DNA from: Penicillus capitatus
Lineage: Eukaryota; Plantae; Chlorophyta
Length of the DNA: 64,000 nucleotides
Assembly: GCA_965649825.1 (NCBI GenBank)
Contig: OZ287697.1
Coordinates: forward strand, 2,032,351-2,096,350
Direction: 5' to 3'
The notes under the pieces were generated by a model. The model was given only the letters and a program-made list of their open reading frames with translations, was not told where the DNA came from and searched no databases. Below, piece after piece: positions 62,701 to 64,000 of the stretch (within the stretch, counting starts at the first letter, position 1; each line of letters begins with the position of its first letter). A program made the translations under genes and the position numbers.

Positions 62701-64000
62701 AATAAAAGATGTTTGAGAGATACTTGGTTCAGCACCCTTAAGAAGGGCACGGTCTACTCGAAGCGTCACGCCAGGCGAAGCGCCATGACCTGGCGGAGCT
62801 AGTTTGAAGAGACCGAGTGACAGAATACCACATGACCGTCTGTCCCAAGGAGGCAGTCATTGGAGCAGTCCACCGAGATACCAAAAGTTTTCAAAGCCGA
62901 ATACCCGAGGATCACCTTATTAGTCGCATCGGTCACATAGTAGGGAATTGCTTGATTCCAGCCGCCAATGCGCGTCGGCAGAATGACCTCGCCGGTGACT
63001 TGACTGGTTGAATTATTGAACCCACGTAGTTGAGTGTTTTCCACTCGCTTTACTCGAAGACCCCAGCGCTGGCAATACTGAAGCGGCAATAACGATACCT
63101 CTGCCCCAGTGTCAATGAGAGCTTGTTCCTTCTCCGGCCGGTTGGCTAGGTAAGTTGCCACTTTCAATGAAGCCCGACCCCTTTGAGGTCTGCTAGACGA
63201 CGACTGGTCAACTCGAGGATAATCGATATATTTGACTGTGTCCTTTCCCGAGTCTTCCTCCTTCAAAACCATCAGTCTTGTCTCTTTGGGCTTGCCCTTC
63301 TTCGCAGAGATGTCGCGTTGTGTTGCCGGGGATAGGCCAACGGAGAGTACAGATGCTGAGTCGTCCTCCCTCTCTTCCTCTTCAAACGCAGCCAACGGTG
63401 CGAAGTGATTCTGTGTTGGTATTGGGTGCGATTCCCGCACGTGGTGTGATCGTTGGCGACAGAATTTGGCTGAGTGGCCATACTCTCCACATTGATAGCA
63501 GTTTCCCTGAAACTGCCTTGCTGGCCGTCTTTGACCAGAACGTTTATTTCCTCTTAGATTCTGGAACTGGCCTTGCGATCCCTTCTGGCGCCACTGTCCG
63601 ACAATGTCCTCAGCAATGCTTGCAAAACGAGGATTTCTGGCAAGTTCACTCCTCATTGCATCACAGAGCTCTCGTAATGATAATGTCTGGCCAAAACTGT
63701 CCACGTTATGGGAAATGTTCCCTCCTCCATTTGCATCTATCGCATCCACTTCCATGGCATCCTTATCCACCTCGGCGGCAGACGATGACCCCGTCCAAAA
63801 AGTCACGTTTCTAATGACCAGAATCATCTCATTTATCGTAGCCGTAACGGGCAGACTAGCGATTGCCCTCTTTAGTGCTGGCGGGAGTTTTCCATATAAC
63901 AGCTTTATTTGCATTTCCCTCGCTAGACCAGACTGAGTTGCCATGACTCCGAACCTCTCCGCGAACTGTAGCCAAGATTCCGCCTTTTTCTTGCTCGCAG
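59751..64000 (-). mobile_element. Ty3/gypsy element, copy 2 (5' end beyond the window)
   Basis: 3' LTR 59751-59889, pol to 59851, gag-PR stop at 62799; same insertion site, so it was copied with the duplication rather than transposed again. Confidence 0.92.

Larger units (their letters stand above)
50361..64000. repeat. Copy 2 of the tandem duplication, truncated by the window end
   Basis: 13 substitutions versus copy 1 in the first ~1.3 kb; ORF translations and spot-checked DNA identical after that. Confidence 0.95.

Overview
Eukaryotic nuclear DNA from a very compact, intron-rich genome (introns mostly ~45-60 nt, standard genetic code). It is most likely a flagellate-producing green alga: there is a transit-peptide-bearing biotin carboxylase and bestrophin plus a TEX9 homologue. 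A siphonous ulvophyte is a guess only. Positions 2-37 kb hold tightly packed housekeeping genes (AMT, sulfotransferase, actin-related protein, TEX9, WD40, TRF4-like polymerase, bestrophin, transportin-SR, Tat-SF1, front-end desaturase, SIRT2, accC, TyrRS, NPC1/Patched-like). The same stretch contains a LINE remnant, a broken NOA1-like gene, and two tandem secreted proteins whose cysteine spacing is exactly mirror-symmetric (candidate disulfide-laddered beta-hairpin stalks with variable tips); these are the most novel-looking item. From 35,575 a 14,786-bp unit is tandemly repeated, and the second copy runs off the window. The unit carries decayed genes (internally deleted XPF, SAC1 pseudogene, EamA disrupted by a transposon) and an intact 4,743-bp Ty3/gypsy element. 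That element has 139-bp TG...AA LTRs, a PBS that overlaps the Gag start, a -1 frameshift signal, a pseudo-dUTPase domain and an internal reversal of base skew. Exon boundaries were inferred by eye, so multi-exon coordinates are gene spans. No database searches were run.
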